Below are positions 50,661 through 64,000 of a stretch of DNA of 64,000 nucleotides, in pieces (position 1 is the first letter of the stretch; each line of letters opens with the position of its first letter). The position numbers and the translations under genes are program-made. Under the pieces are notes generated by a model, which was not told where the DNA came from, made no database searches, and saw only the letters and a list, made by a program, of their open reading frames with translations. Source of the DNA: Hydrolagus colliei (lineage: Eukaryota); contig CM068757.1 of assembly GCA_035084275.1 (NCBI GenBank), forward strand, positions 8,122,001-8,186,000, in the 5' to 3' direction.

Positions 50661-52964
50661 CAAAGCGGGAAGGCAATATCAATGGCGAGTTATGTGGTCA
50701 GCTAATAAGGATACTCTTAAGCATGATAATGGGTTTCCGCATGTATAGACATTTGGTTGACCCCCCAAAAAGGGGAGTTTATTAATCGTCACTCACTCTC
50801 CCATCAGCTGAATGTTCTTTCCTGCACTCACCCGAGCAGTAGTTAAGAGGATTGATCATCTTCGAGGTTCTTGCAATGATTACCTGTCACTGCAGCCGGG
50901 ATACAGTAATGCAAACATTAGCTCCCTCCCATCAGCTATGCATTTTTTCTGCATGTGACAATCGAGACAGCAACTCACTGTGCAGAGAAACTCTTGTATC
51001 GTGGGTATCTCCTCTGACTGGAAATGAAACCATCTCTCCGTATTAAGCAGTATCATTCTTTTTGAAAGTTTGAACAATTGTGAAACATTTAGCATAAATA
51101 TATTTTTTAACTTCACTGCAATGAATCGCTCCAGCGTTTGGCTGTGAAATCGCCAGGCACGAACATGGATTTGTGTTTCCAAATGGAGGTACTGTAATGA
51201 CAATCGGCATCCCTTTAAAAAAGGCACAACTTAAGAGACGAGTGATACAATTGGACATAATATTTCTTTAATCACACCTAACTCTTGGTTTATTTCAAGA
51301 CTTTTAGAAGGATTGGTTTGAGGGCAGATACTAAGCCAGGCAGCAAGGCAGCTAAAGTTAACATGCACAGTAAAACAAATCCACTCTTGAATTAATGTTT
51401 ACTGACATGAAGCCAGCTCCCCCAAAACCCCAGGCTTAGCATTTTCTTCCGAGCCAAATCCCATGATACTGTTATTAGCATGCTTCATATTCCACAAACA
51501 GATAAGGAATATTGATAATCAATACTTTTAATCTGTAATTTTTTTAAAAACAAAATTCTGCATTTGAAGTAACGTCTTTCACATCGATATTCTCAAAGTG
51601 CTCTGCAGGATTTTCTGTGAACTGTTGTGACTTTGTATTTGGTCAGCGAACTTTTCAGCGCCTTGGGACATCCTCCTGACGTGAAAGGTGCTCTATAAAT
51701 GTAATTTTCTTGTATTTCGTTGCTGTTTTGAATTTGGGCTGCGTGTTATAACCCGCAGTGCAACTAAACTGTGTTACACTCTCTCATGTGGCAAAGCAGG
51801 AGTCCTACCCTCCAGTGAGGGCATTCATTTATATGGATTGCACTATATTGTAGAGCTGTCTCAATATATACAGTTATCATACACTCAAATATCATTTAGA
51901 TTTATTGGTGTACATCAATCAGAACCATCATTTAATATTTACAACACAAAGTAAAACAGTTGAAATACATGGTCTCCACATATGAAAAATAAACAGTGAA
52001 TACAGCAGTAAACATGCCATGCATGTTAGCAGGTAGCAGCGCATGTCGTTCTGTGCATAAGCTGCACATGCAAAACAGACATTCATGTTTTTTTTAATTG
52101 ACACCAACACCTTCCTAAACAAAGCCAACCAACCAAAGCTTGTGAGATTTGCAGCATGACCACGAAGGGGTTAACACCCCTTCTCAACGTAGTCACGTTT
52201 CATACTAAAATATTTAACATCAGATTTCTCTATTCCAACTCTTTAGAAAGGCCATAAATAATTATTATTCATTAAAATTTCCCCCCTGCCACAAATATAT
52301 ATATTTTTTCACTGTGCAAATGAGACCATCAGTCTGAGTCACAATCTAAACCAGTATATTGTTGCCTTGGTTTTTGATTTTGTGCAGATGGTGAAGGTGG
52401 GCCAGTTACAAGCAAAAGAAAAAACAAACGTGATAGATAACAGGTCGAGTTTGGATACCATAATGTCTCATCTTGGGATTTTTCTCTTCCACTATTTCTA
52501 TACAACAAGACTGAATGAGCATTACAGGTAAACCAGTGAGTCAAAGAAGCTGCAATTAGCTATTTACGTAGGAAGGATTTTGAAAGATGAAGTTACTGCA
52601 AGCAGAGGGGCTCGGCGGGGTAGAACCACTTACTTTGTTGTCAATTCTGGGTCTCCTGTTTACAATCCTAGCTGAGGGGTCAAAGTTTCCTCCGCTGGCT
52701 TTAAGGCTCCCAGGGGAAAGTGAGCATTCATAACCTAAAGGCCACATGTTACCAGGACAAAACTAACCAAACTTAAATACACAACATCAATGAACTCGCA
52801 ATCATACTCTGAGAGGCCATAAATGGCTTTGAAGAGCAGTTTAAATGTTACACTGGGGTACCGGATGATGCACTGAATGGAGAGCGTGGTTTTGTCTTAA
52901 ATAGGTTCAACATATTTTATGTGCTCATTCCCTCAGCCTCAAGATCCTAACTTGTACCCTCTGA

Positions 52965-53180
52965 ATACATAGGAATATAGAAATGTACAAGAATGTTAAA
53001 AAAAATTACAGTCCGTCTTGGCTGGTCCCTTTTCCTAATACTGAAAACGTTGCTTCGGAGCTTCAGAATCACCTTTCCCCCTAAACCTAAGCCACCAACA
53101 TATCTTAAACACTCGTAACATTGTCAACACTATCCACCTCCCTGGATTCTGTTCCACGGATTCACCATTTCTGTGTAAAG
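52965..53180 (-). mobile_element. Degenerate CR1 3' fragment
   Basis: 'acataggaatatagaa' tail and 'tccacctccctggattctgttccacggattcaccatttctgtgtaaag', the reverse of the FTQRVVxxWN-coding region. Confidence 0.55.
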
Positions 53181-55120
53181 TAGTTAATTCTAAACCAACT
53201 AATCATCTCTCTTTCTTCTGAGAATGAGACTGAGTCCATTTGCAGTGACTATTTCAAATGTATTAAGAGTGTAGTTAATCCCTCCCCTTTAGCATCCAGA
53301 GCCTAACACCAGGCTGACTGTATCCAGTAGAACGTATGAACTGATGTGAAATTAACTTCAATGCAAGTAAACTGCTTTTATAAGAATAGATTTCGTGTAT
53401 ATTTTTGAAAACTCTGGCAATGAATCTATGGGTAAACTGAGCTATTTTCTAAGACACAGAAGTTTAAGTGTTACAGTTACTGTTGCTGCCACTAAATTCA
53501 TTCCGTTCCATTAATTCAATTTCAATAAACTCCTGAATGTTATTAGGAGTTCTCAAAAAGCATCATTCAATGTACATTGACCCTTACAAAATGCATGTGA
53601 GAGCTTTATTCCCAACCAATAAACCTGGTGCTCGGCGTTCCACTGACAGCTCCCTGGAAAATTCCAGTGTTTGGGAATCTGTTTCGGAGATAATAAGCTC
53701 GAGTGAAAGCAGCCAACGAAGAACTGTGTGCAGTTACCTCCTCAATAAAAGTGCAAACATTCAGTAAATTCTAACACTACACATAGTTCACAAACTCTAG
53801 TGCTGAACATCGAGAAACAGGATTGTACTTAACATCAAATAATTCCCAAACATTTTGGGATTCAAGAAAGCTTGGATCCGTGTTCAACAAATAGACTACT
53901 TTGAGTTCATGCCAATATGTCCTGCCATTCACAGAGTTGGCAGTGTACTTTGTCTATACCATCGGAGTTGAGTGCATAGAGAACTGCTCCATATTGTACA
54001 GGAATGGAAACCTTCAATGGCTTCAAGATTCATAGGTTTGCGACTGAACCGAAACACTGCTTTTTAAAAACTTATTTTTGCCGTAAGTACATTTTAAAAA
54101 ATATATATAAATAGAGTTGCGAAGAATGGCGAAAATGAACTTCAGTACATACACTGTGGGGTGCTTACCGATAATCAATGAATTTCATCATTTAGTTTTA
54201 CATTTATAATGTTTTGTTATTTAGGACATTAAAATCATATCAGATGCTCAGAAGCACTGGGAACAAATTTGGTAAAGATCGTGAATGGGAATGGCATTTA
54301 CCCCACAGCAATGAATCTGTTGGAACAATTAGAATCCCCCCCCCACACACACACACAGACCCATCCCTGCCCCCATTCCCTCAGTGACAATAGAAAAAGA
54401 CTTAGAAAAAAAGCAAATCAAAGTGTTTATATCCAACCCTTTGACTTTAAAAATAGCTCTTCATTATCAACATCCCACCCACCCACTCCCACCTCCCATC
54501 CCCACTCCCCTCCACTCATGCACATACACACACATACACTTTTTAAGTAATGAATTTCCCCATTCCCTTTAAGAGCCTGATTAAATCAGTATCGGAAATG
54601 TCAGTCACTGAAGTATCATAATGCTGTATATTGTACGGAAATGACAGAGAGAATATAGTGCACATGCGGGGAAAGTACTTTCTCATCTGCTTATACTGTA
54701 CATCGCCAATGATACAAAGGGTAGTAAATAAAGAGTGCTTTCATCACTGGGCCAAATTTCCACAGGTTCTGTAGCTGCCATTTTCACACAAAACCTTTTA
54801 TTAGAAAAAAAAATTTCTTCATTTTTTTTCAAAAGACAATTTTGTTTCCAAACTCCCGTTTAAAGTCAGTCGGGGAAACAAATGAAACAAAAACACTTTT
54901 CGGGCCATGCTTTTTTTTTAAAAAGCCATAGAATTACAAGTATTTTTCAATGTGTCCTTGTGTTCTCATATCCACAGATAAATAATTCAACAAGAGAAAA
55001 TAAACGGAAATCGCACGATGATGAGTTATGGCCTGTCAAAGGTCATTAGGTCAAAGCAGAAATGATGGGTTTGTCCTTGATGAAAATGTTGCTTCCTTGG
55101 AAAGACTGGCAGTGTCCCAT

Positions 55121-55254
55121 CTATTCACAGGCTAGTTTACTATCAAAACTAGAGAGAGCAATAGCGAACGCTTGCAGTGCACACATTGGGTAGTTATAGT
55201 CCATGGTAAAGACATCTTCAGCAACCCTGCCAAACTGCATCACTATATAATCCG
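55121..55254 (-). CDS. TUB: Tubby protein, last coding exon
   Basis: (P)[43 protein letters not shown]; canonical tubby C-terminus, TAG at 55123-55121. Confidence 0.96.
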
Positions 55255-57409
55255 CTGGAAAGAAAAAAAAGCATGTGCAAAATTGTTAATTCTGCAACAA
55301 CAAAACAATACAATTTTTTTTAGCAGGACAAAGGCTATTTCAAACATCATAATAATTATGCATTTGATTTAGCGCTTCACAAAATATACTGTAATGTGAA
55401 TTGACTGGATATTTTGTGGGCGAAGGGTGGCAGCCAATTGTCCCACACACAATCGTGGATTGAGATATAGGGTGGAAATATTGCCTGAATATCCAGCAAC
55501 TCAATACATCAATTGCAAGTTTTAAAAAAATGGCATATTTTGTCTCAGCAATGTTCTCTCTTCCTGTTACTTGTTGGTGGAGTTTGCATTATAATTAGTG
55601 TAAATCCTGATGTACTGTGCTACAGGGCTCTTGGGAATGAAACACTGCACAATGTGTGATCTCCGCTGTGATTGACGGTGTTGGGAAACCCAGATGCTCT
55701 CACCACAGGAAAGGATAGAATCTGGAAGATAAAATCCCCCAGGTACTGTTTGTGTATCTTTCATTAGCTCCTTCCAGAGACAGAAGCTTGTGAGTAAGTT
55801 TGTCTGTCAGCCAGGGAGTGAAGCATAATATCTAATAAACCTTGTATTTGATGAAACACCTTATCATGTCGCTGAGATGGTTCAAAGCGCTTCAGAGGAA
55901 TTTTATTGTGAAATGTAGAGGCTGTGTATTCATACGCAAACACAGTAGCCAATTTCCACTGCAGCATTTGTCCCATAAGCAGCCACAAAGTGAATAACTG
56001 ATTTTATCTGCTTCATACAGGGCAGGTGAAGGTAGGTAGGAGAAAAGAATATCAAGCTGAAGCAAATGTTTCCTGTAAGCAAATACTTAAGGTTAATACG
56101 GCACTCATTGTTGGAGTCTTGTTTTGCCAGTGTCTTCCTGACTGGATGAATAAGGTAAATCTTGTCATTGGGTAGGCAGATGCTCAGGGGTAACCAGCCT
56201 TTGGAAGGAAGATTACTGCTCAATGCTAGGATTAACAACACAGAGCAATGATTAACCACTTTGAAAAGCAGTAAAGAGCAAGTAGAGCTGAAAAGCGGCC
56301 CATGACATTGAGACAATTGCTCTAAAACATCTCTAACAGTGTTTAAATGTCGATTCGCAAATAGTTATTCAGGGACTGATCTATCTCTATAGTCTCGTCC
56401 ATTAAACTATTTCCATCCATTCTATAAATTTAATCAAAACATCAGATTTATCATATGTCGGGTTGTGGAGTGGGAGGTTGGCAGTGAGAGAAGGGAGGAG
56501 AAACAAAAGCTCAAACAGCCTGCCTCATATCCTGTGTGGAAGTTTAATACTGATTGATGTTGACGTTCAAATATTGGATTGTCTGCATGTGGGGAAGTTT
56601 ATCAATGCAGACAGTCTGCACTGTACACCGACAACAGTAATGTATGCAATACGGCAAAGGCTGCAGGCCTTTTTAAAGTGGGTGAAGGAATGAGATTCTT
56701 ATTCTTGATCAGTTTAGCATTGTATTGTGTGTTCATGTGTGCATGGTCAAAGAAGAACTTTGACCATGAATTTGTGGAAGCAGTTAGTACATTATGCCCC
56801 AGCAGGATTGCACACACATGCACACACACGCGTCGCACACACTTCCTGCCGGGAAAGTGGACATGCTGCTCTGTATCAGGAAATTGCTCTTTGAGACAAG
56901 ACTGCATGGTTTAACCCTGTAGCCCTGAGCTCTCCTCAGAATTGTTTTGGAACTACAGTATACGGTCTAAATGTCAAATGCAGAAATTCTTTGGAAAATA
57001 AGTTAAATTCCATCGATAATGATTTCAGAATCATGTTTTGTTGTGCAATGTTTCTCTTCACTCTAGATCTTTAGAACAATATACAGGTAATTGGACAACA
57101 TGTCACAGAGGGAGTCACAGCAACAAAATTCCATATATAGAGCGCCTTTCACGTCAGGAGGACTTCCCAAGGCGCTGGTTTGGGAGATTGAGACGTTTTG
57201 ACATGACATTATGCAAGGCTTTCCCCAGTGTTTGATCTGGGATTATTTGCTTCCCATTTCCAAGGGTTGTGAGTGTTTTGACAATAAAAAAGGTAGAAGT
57301 ATTTTGAAATGCTACACAGTTACACCTCACCATATTGAACATCATGAAGACAGCAAAATGGAGAATCACTACATATATATATACATATATATGCATAAAT
57401 ATACACAAC

Positions 57410-57441
<32 letters not shown>

Positions 57442-57470
57442 TATATATGTGTGTGTGTATGTGTGCAGAA

Positions 57471-57785
57471 GCCCTGTAGCTCAGTAGTTAGAGCACTCGC
57501 CTTTCAAGCGAGAGACCTGGATTCATTTCCAGGCAGGACAAAACCATGGGCATGTTTCCTTATTCCTCATGCTTAATAATAATCACACAAGAAAAAAACC
57601 AATAATAAATTGGTCATTTAAATCCACGACTGTTTGTGATAATCTGCTGTGCCAATTGGCCACCACGTTTCACCCACAAATATACAGTCATTTTACAGTA
57701 TCTTCTGTGAAGCACTGTGCGACGTCAAGAAGACGTAAAAAGCGCCACATCAAATGCAAATATCAAAGGATTATTATTATTATTT
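57471..57785 (+). mobile_element. Full-length tRNA-derived SINE (about 315 bp)
   Basis: Head folds like a tRNA (A box TAGCTCAGTAGTT; arm CTCGC-ctttcaa-GCGAG; CCTGG/CCAGG T-arm), then the family body and an L2-like tail with (ATT)n. Confidence 0.85.
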
Positions 57786-57888
57786 ATATCCAGAAGGTGG
57801 AAAATGTCCTTCTATTGCCTCGCTGGAAATGTTGCAGAATCCTGATTCAGCGATTGGCGTCGCAAATCACCACAAACTTTCTACTTAC

Positions 57889-58060
57889 GGTCATTGTCGT
57901 GAATAATCTGGAAATTCTTCACAGAGGCCTGTGTAACTCGACCGTGAAAATTGAGGACGTAGGATTGCGTGTCGTCATTCCACACCGGAGTTTTGTTGTG
58001 CAGCTCAATGACGCTCTCTGTGCTTTTGTTCTGCCATCTTGCCAGTAACGCTTCGTGCTC
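57889..58060 (-). CDS. TUB: Tubby exon
   Basis: [57 protein letters not shown]; AG/GT ends, 172 nt. Confidence 0.96.
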
Positions 58061-58953
58061 CTTCATTGAATAAAAAGGAAGAGTTACTCAGCACAGAGTT
58101 TCATTTGCTTAAAAGTTCTTCTCCTAAAATAAAGTTCCGTCAAACAGGTCAACATCCAACTCTCTGCCCAAACTGCGTTCATGTCAGTCTACACAGCGAG
58201 CGTTGGCAGGCTATACAACTGTTCGGCAATGTCACAGGAAAATCCTACCTTGTTCTCACTCATTCGCCACAAACACACTGTGGGGCAGGGAGAATTGGAA
58301 AGCTATCAGGAAACTTGGCTGTTCTTTCCCCTCTGGGCCCTAAGATTAATTATGTTGCCTTGGATGGTATCAGCTAACTTGGCATACAGCGTATATTGAA
58401 CCAGAGACCTCCCACGTCTTTATGGCTCAGTTTTGCAATACCTTTGCCAACTAAGACACCACGAGAAGCAGTAGATTCTCATCAGTGAATCCTGAAATTT
58501 CAAGAGCACCATTACCTATGGGATCCCAAGATTGCAACCCCTACCTCAATGGTGACGAACATGCTAACAAACTTTTGTTGAACTAAATAAGAACAATTTC
58601 CCTCCAGCTGAATAAGACATTAACGTTGCAGTAAACCAAACACATTCCAATTCCAAAGGATTGCATCTCTTCACCCTTACATGTACAGTAACCGCCTGTT
58701 AATATAAAACACCTGGAATCAGCATCTGCCTGGTATCTATCAGCACAACACAGAAGTTTAGACATGTTTATTACATTTTGGTGGGATCCGACATCCAAAG
58801 ATCTGTACCTCATTGCTTCTTGAACTGGAGACCAATGAAATGTAACCATTAATTGTACAATGACTGGCTCACTGCACCACCTTCCCTGACAGACAGAAGC
58901 CCAACAAAATCATGGGCTCCATTTGGAATCTGTGACTCTCTCCTTGGACTTAC

Positions 58954-59052
58954 GTTTCGTGGCCTGATGGAGACTCTTTCGTGGTCCATGTTCATGCCGG
59001 GGATAATTACACTCATCTTCCGTGGTCCCTTAAAACCCAGAACATTTGTTTC
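58954..59052 (-). CDS. TUB: Tubby exon
   Basis: [33 protein letters not shown]; 99 nt, AG/GT. Confidence 0.96.
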
Positions 59053-60246
59053 CTAAAGGAAATGACATATTTTTTAATTATATATATATATATGTATATA
59101 TTATCTTTTCAGAAACTGATAACAGATATTTTAACAAAATTATGATGAAAGTTTAAGTTGCACATCTGGCAAACAGATGGCAACAACTAACCACTATTAA
59201 AAAAACATAAACATGACTATTCACATTCAATGGAAAAGGTTGTTGCAATTATAACTCACTGGCTGTTTTGTTTTGAAATCTGCCCTTTGAAAATGTTTTA
59301 AACTGAGATTCGCAATTAGTGCAAAAATAGTAAAAGCACAAAAAATGGAAAACCCACATTTTTGACCCCCAATGTCAAACTGCAACATCCAACAAATTTT
59401 ACCTGCAGAGAGATTGCAGGGTCTCAGAAGGTTTAGTTTACTACAAGAAGACTCATGATAAAAGCTTGCTTCAAACAATTCCTGAAATGCTGTTTCAATA
59501 AGATGCACTTTGAATCCTCCAGATACGTTTGATCGTTGGCTCACAACAAACTTAAGGGAAGTTTCTGAAGGCATCCAAGTGATTTCTGTCAGCAAACTGA
59601 ACTGAGAAGAGTAGTTACAAGGGAACGAGCTGACTGGTAAGTGCTGTGAGCAGTACACAAGGCTGGAGACTGCAAATGTTTGGGAGATGGGGAGAAATGC
59701 TGACTACTGCTAGGACTACTCGTTACAGCTATAGCTCAGTCGGGGATGTGTATTTCAGTCTAAATGCTGGAACCAGCATTGCCTTTCCGTTTACGGATTC
59801 ACACAAAAGAGCAAACCCAAGATTTGTCAAGCTGAATATTCTTGAGCCATGCTCTCAAAAGGGAGGCACGAAAGTGAAGGTCAGGCAGTGGCTGGAGCGT
59901 TCAATAGACAGTAGGAATCTAGGACTTGTCAATTTCCACACCCACTTCTTTCTATGCTCACAAGAACAAATAAGATCAAATTGTTGAGACAGCTGGCTTG
60001 GTTACAGTGGTCTCTGACTGTAGCCTGTTTGTGGTGTTGCCTGTTACGTACTCTAGGCTTGAACTACACAACTTTCCCCCTGGATTTTACCAACTGAAAT
60101 GCCCCACATCAACCTTCACTGATTTCTTAGGGAATGGTTACGGCTGCACTGACAAAGGCCTAGCAATCGGGTGCTGCTAACTTGCTTGCCTACCGAACAC
60201 AGTACTGTACTGTACTTGCAAACCTAACTCTCAGAACAGAACTTAC

Positions 60247-60361
60247 ATAACATATGGCCGCCAGCTCCTGACGCAAGTTGCTTGCCTCTAAGCTTGAACT
60301 TCCCTTTTCAGGATTCATTCCATTATCGTACACTGTGAACTTCGTGCCCATTAAATTTGAT
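60247..60361 (-). CDS. TUB: Tubby exon
   Basis: (R)[38 protein letters not shown]; 115 nt. Confidence 0.96.
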
Positions 60362-60604
60362 CTGCAAAGCAAATGGATCACAATTTGCTGAAGAAGTCTC
60401 ACACACACGCACACTGAACTCAGTCGATGTTATTGTTCTAAACCACAATGGAACCTTCTATAAGCAGCGACAGTATCAGTTATCCGGCCTAACCGTACAG
60501 TAGAATTCCACTTCTAACATGGCATTCACAATAGCACCATGTGTTTCTGACCTCAGTCACAATCACAAGAAGTATAGCAGCGGTGACTTATGGGACTGGC
60601 TTAC

Positions 60605-60717
60605 CTAAGTTTGCCAACAAAGCTCTCTCCGCCCCGCGACAGGTCAGTGGGGTCGACAGAGATGAGGTAATTTGATGTCTTGCTCTTCTTGCGTTTCCTT
60701 CCTGCCAACAGGAACAC
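60605..60717 (-). CDS. TUB: Tubby exon
   Basis: [37 protein letters not shown](R); 113 nt. Confidence 0.96.
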
Positions 60718-60760
60718 CTGGAGAATAAGGAGGGAAGATACCGTCATCACAGTCACAGGA

Positions 60761-61078
60761 ATAATAATAATTCTTGCATTTGTTATAGCATTTTTTACGT
60801 TTTTTAGACGTCTCAAAGCACTTCACAGAGTATACTGTGAAGTGAATTGACTGTAGATTTGTGGGTGAAATGTGGCAGCCAATTATGCACAGCAGTGTTC
60901 CACAAACGTTCGTGGATTGAAAATGACCAATTTCATTTTTGTGTTTTTTTTGGAGGGATTATTATTAGGCACGTGGAGTAAGGAAATTTGCCCAAGGTTT
61001 CACCCTGACCTGCCTGGATTTGAACACAGATCTCACATTTGTAAGGCGAGTGCTCAAACCACTGAGAAACAGGACTCC
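60761..61078 (-). mobile_element. Full-length tRNA-derived SINE, same family as 57471-57785
   Basis: Minus-strand head 'gtcctgtttctcagtggtttgagcactcgcctt...gttcaaatccaggcagg', then body and tail. Confidence 0.82.
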
Positions 61079-61833
61079 CCAAGCAACTTATTCAGAATTG
61101 ATTTATTCAATCCTCACCAGAAAGAAAGCAGGAAAACGCAACACACACTCGTTGGCCTTTCAACTTTACCATTTATTGGTAAATACCGGTAAATCTCCTG
61201 ACAAAACAGTCACCTTAGTTATAGTAAACATCCGTGAAGCATTTTGAGATTTCTTTAACAAGGGAATATACAGCTGCAAAGATAATAAACAGTAGAATTT
61301 GTAGAGAATCTCTCTAAAAAAATGGTTTGAATGCAAACTCGGGGGATGGGGAGAGGGAGGAAATGTTCCTTTTTCTCCAAAGACAATATAATATAATATC
61401 TTCCCTACTCCAAGCAAGGTTCTAGTACCTGCAGCTGGGAAATCCCAAACCAACTGGAGTGTTCTGGAGTGTTTGTTCACTTTGGTTTACAGCCCTGCTT
61501 TAAGAGGCTCTTTGATCTTCAAACCACTTCTGTTTCTGCTTTCACAACCACACTTAACTTGCCTGATTATCACTATGTCTCTTAGCATTTTAAAGAGCTG
61601 GATTGTGTCTTCTTCCCCCGCCAATGAGAACCAGAACAAAGCAATAAATCCAGCAATCACCTGGTTAAAAACCTTCTTAAGCCCCCATTAATATTTCATT
61701 GTCTTTTTGAAGATAGGGCACCCAAAATTACGCACAGTTTACAAATGGGATACACTGTGTACCAAGGCAAATGTAGGTTGAGATCTGAAGGATGTTTCTA
61801 ACTTGCAGTAAAGCTCTCGGATTTATTTCTGAC

Positions 61834-62025
61834 CTTTTTCCCATCATCTCTTTCCAAGTGGAGGTAGTAGGTGGGATACATTCCCCGATCCATCCCCTTC
61901 TTGTCCCTTGTGATGCGGCATTTGACGGTGACTCCCTGCGGAGATGGTCTCAAAGAAAACTCCTCGAGGTCATCGACATCTATCAAAGCATCGTTGCACG
62001 GAGGGGTTGAGACAGAGGCTGCTTC
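61834..62025 (-). CDS. TUB: Tubby exon (start of tubby domain)
   Basis: [64 protein letters not shown]; 192 nt. Confidence 0.95.
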
Positions 62026-62074
62026 CTGGAAAACAAGTGGAAGTTCAGCTCTGTATCAAGGAAATATTGTTAAG

Positions 62075-62270
62075 TATCCCCTCCCTGGCTTCCTTCAAGT
62101 CCCGCCTCAAGACCCTCCTCGTCCCATCGGTTACCCCAATTCCCCCCACTTCCTCTCCCCCACCCCATCCCTCATCCCTGACCCGAGCTCGGGTCTGAAA
62201 CAACATCTGTCCAGTGCCTTGGAACATCCTCCTGACGTGAAAGGCGCTATACAATGTTGTTGTTTTTGTA
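62075..62270 (+). mobile_element. L2 LINE 3' end
   Basis: 'PSLASFKSRLKTLL', pyrimidine tract, and tail 'gtgccttggaacatcctcctgacgtgaaaggcgctatacaatgttgttg'. Confidence 0.85.
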
Positions 62271-62689
62271 TGTTGTAAGCACTAAAATACTCCCATCATC
62301 TTTTCTCTGTGTTTCTTAGGCTTGTCAGTGCTGGAGATTGTAACTGTTAATCTTTTCCGTCCAGTGGAAATATCTAATGAAGTCCAGACAAGGAGTAAAG
62401 CATCTGTATGACCTCAGGATATAAACTGATGCCGTTCTGTATCACACTTAAACTTCTGCCTCAACAACAACAACTTGTTTTTTTATATCATCTCCATGCT
62501 GAACGGTCTCTCAAAGCGCTTCCCGATAAAGGACCTCATCAACCTATGCTGGATTTCAAACCAGATCTCAGCCATATACGGACAGTGTGCATTACCAGTC
62601 GCGCAGTTTACCCTTTTCAAAAGAATATGATTGAGGGTCACAATGAAATTAATTTCTTGTGTTGAATCAGCTCTGTATCTACCTCTCAC

Positions 62690-62811
62690 CTTATTGGATT
62701 TTTTACTAGAAGCGGAGCCAGGCCTGGTGTTGCTGTTCAGCTGAGAGGAACTGGAGCTATCTTCATCTTCCTCGTCCTCCTCCTCATCAAAGTTCATGCT
62801 GCTGGAAATGC
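62690..62811 (-). CDS. TUB: Tubby exon
   Basis: (G)[40 protein letters not shown], characteristic of TUB; 122 nt. Confidence 0.94.
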
Positions 62812-63277
62812 CTGCAGAGGTCGAACACATTGGAGATTTCAAACTTAGATCACCTAGAAATCCAGGCTGCACTCAATCCCACATCCCATTGCAAAAGGAG
62901 CACCCATTAACTATGATGCCTTATGCCACATGTTAAAACATGTACAAATATAACTGCTCGGCTCAATGCAGCTGCCTTAGGAATGAGAAGTCTGTCTTTC
63001 AGTTATAATCAGTTCAATGATCGTAGTCAATTAATTGGTAGCTGTCCTCAGGAAGTGCTCGATGTGCAAGTCAACCAAAATATATTGGGATCTAATTTGC
63101 TCGAGATTATAATGGGATTTCTTAACAAGGAGCCCAATTTATACAAATGGAGAAGCGCACAGCCACAGGAATTCTAATGGGATTACTCATTAAGCAATCC
63201 CACCATGTACCATGATTTAGACCCCACTGTACGCACCAGGCTTCTCGTTCAGCAACAGAACAGTGTCAATGATTTAC

Positions 63278-63442
63278 CCTTTATCTGCATTGCGGCTCTG
63301 AGGTCCTGCTTGGCTGTTTGCTGCGCGCTTGCCACAGGGTCTGTGTCGTCATCATCATTGCTGGACTGCCCAACGGTGAGGATCTGCACCTGGCTCCTCA
63401 CCTCCTGCAGGTCGTCCTGAAAGGCTGCAGGCCCATCGATTC
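63278..63442 (-). CDS. TUB: Tubby exon (most 5' exon found in window)
   Basis: (G)IDGPAAFQDDLQEVRSQVQILTVGQSSNDDDDTDPVASAQQTAKQDLRAAMQIK(G); 165 nt, phases 1/1. Confidence 0.9.
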
Positions 63443-64000
63443 CTGCCAGAGGACAGACTTCAGTCACTTCGGTGTGTTATAGAGACCCGATGTTTCTTGG
63501 AGTGCATGGGTCTGTGTTACTCATAGAGTTAAACCCTAGTGTTAAACCTGATTGTGTTACTAATCCTTTGGTGGAACCCTCTAACTGTGACAATGAGCAG
63601 CATCTCCATACCCATCTACTACAGCATGAGCAAAGCACTTGTGTTAGATTTACCAATCTGAACAAGTAAAGACAAGTTGTGTTCGAAGGTACAGTACAAT
63701 AAAATACAAGTTCACGTTTACACAGCATTTTTCACATTAGCAGGCCATCCCAACTCGCTTAACAATGTGTCCAAGTTGGGAGCTGAGGGACATGAGGAGG
63801 AGGAGGAGAAAGATGAACCAAAGTGCGGTCAAAGATGTAGACAGAATTTGAACGAAGTGTAGGAGGGAGCAAGTCATGGCTGAGACGCACCTCTCCACAA
63901 GCACATGCACGCACGCACCCATGCACACTCACACAGAGTCACAGCCAAAGGAAGCCTGGAAGCAAGTGGTAAACTGAAAGTTTCCACTATTGCAAAATAT

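Noticed and set aside
57471-57540. tRNA-Glu(TTC)-like gene
   Set aside because: The B box is degenerate, the acceptor stem is mismatched, and it runs directly into a SINE body and tail, so it is a SINE head.

Overview
Eukaryotic (vertebrate) genomic DNA. The repeat content (Deu-core SINEs, tRNA-head SINEs with L2-like tails, CR1 and L2 LINE fragments) suggests a cartilaginous fish, but that is inference. Two protein-coding genes lie tail-to-tail as in other vertebrates: a complete 6-exon RIC3 (+, CDS 24044-45479, 366 aa) and the last 8 coding exons of TUB (-, 55121-63442, 5' end beyond the window). The most notable signal is invisible to the ORF track. A divergent, apparently non-coding, spliced 5'TOP transcription unit (-, about 23519 to 14915) shares a CpG-rich promoter with RIC3. 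It carries four tandemly duplicated copies of the box C/D snoRNA SNORD35 (U35), each in its own predicted intron. Two DNA-transposon MITEs with intact ends sit in the one snoRNA-free intron between them. Most listed ORFs are chance ORFs or repeat fragments. Splice models and family names come from reading motifs and from recall, not from database searches; repeat boundaries are approximate.
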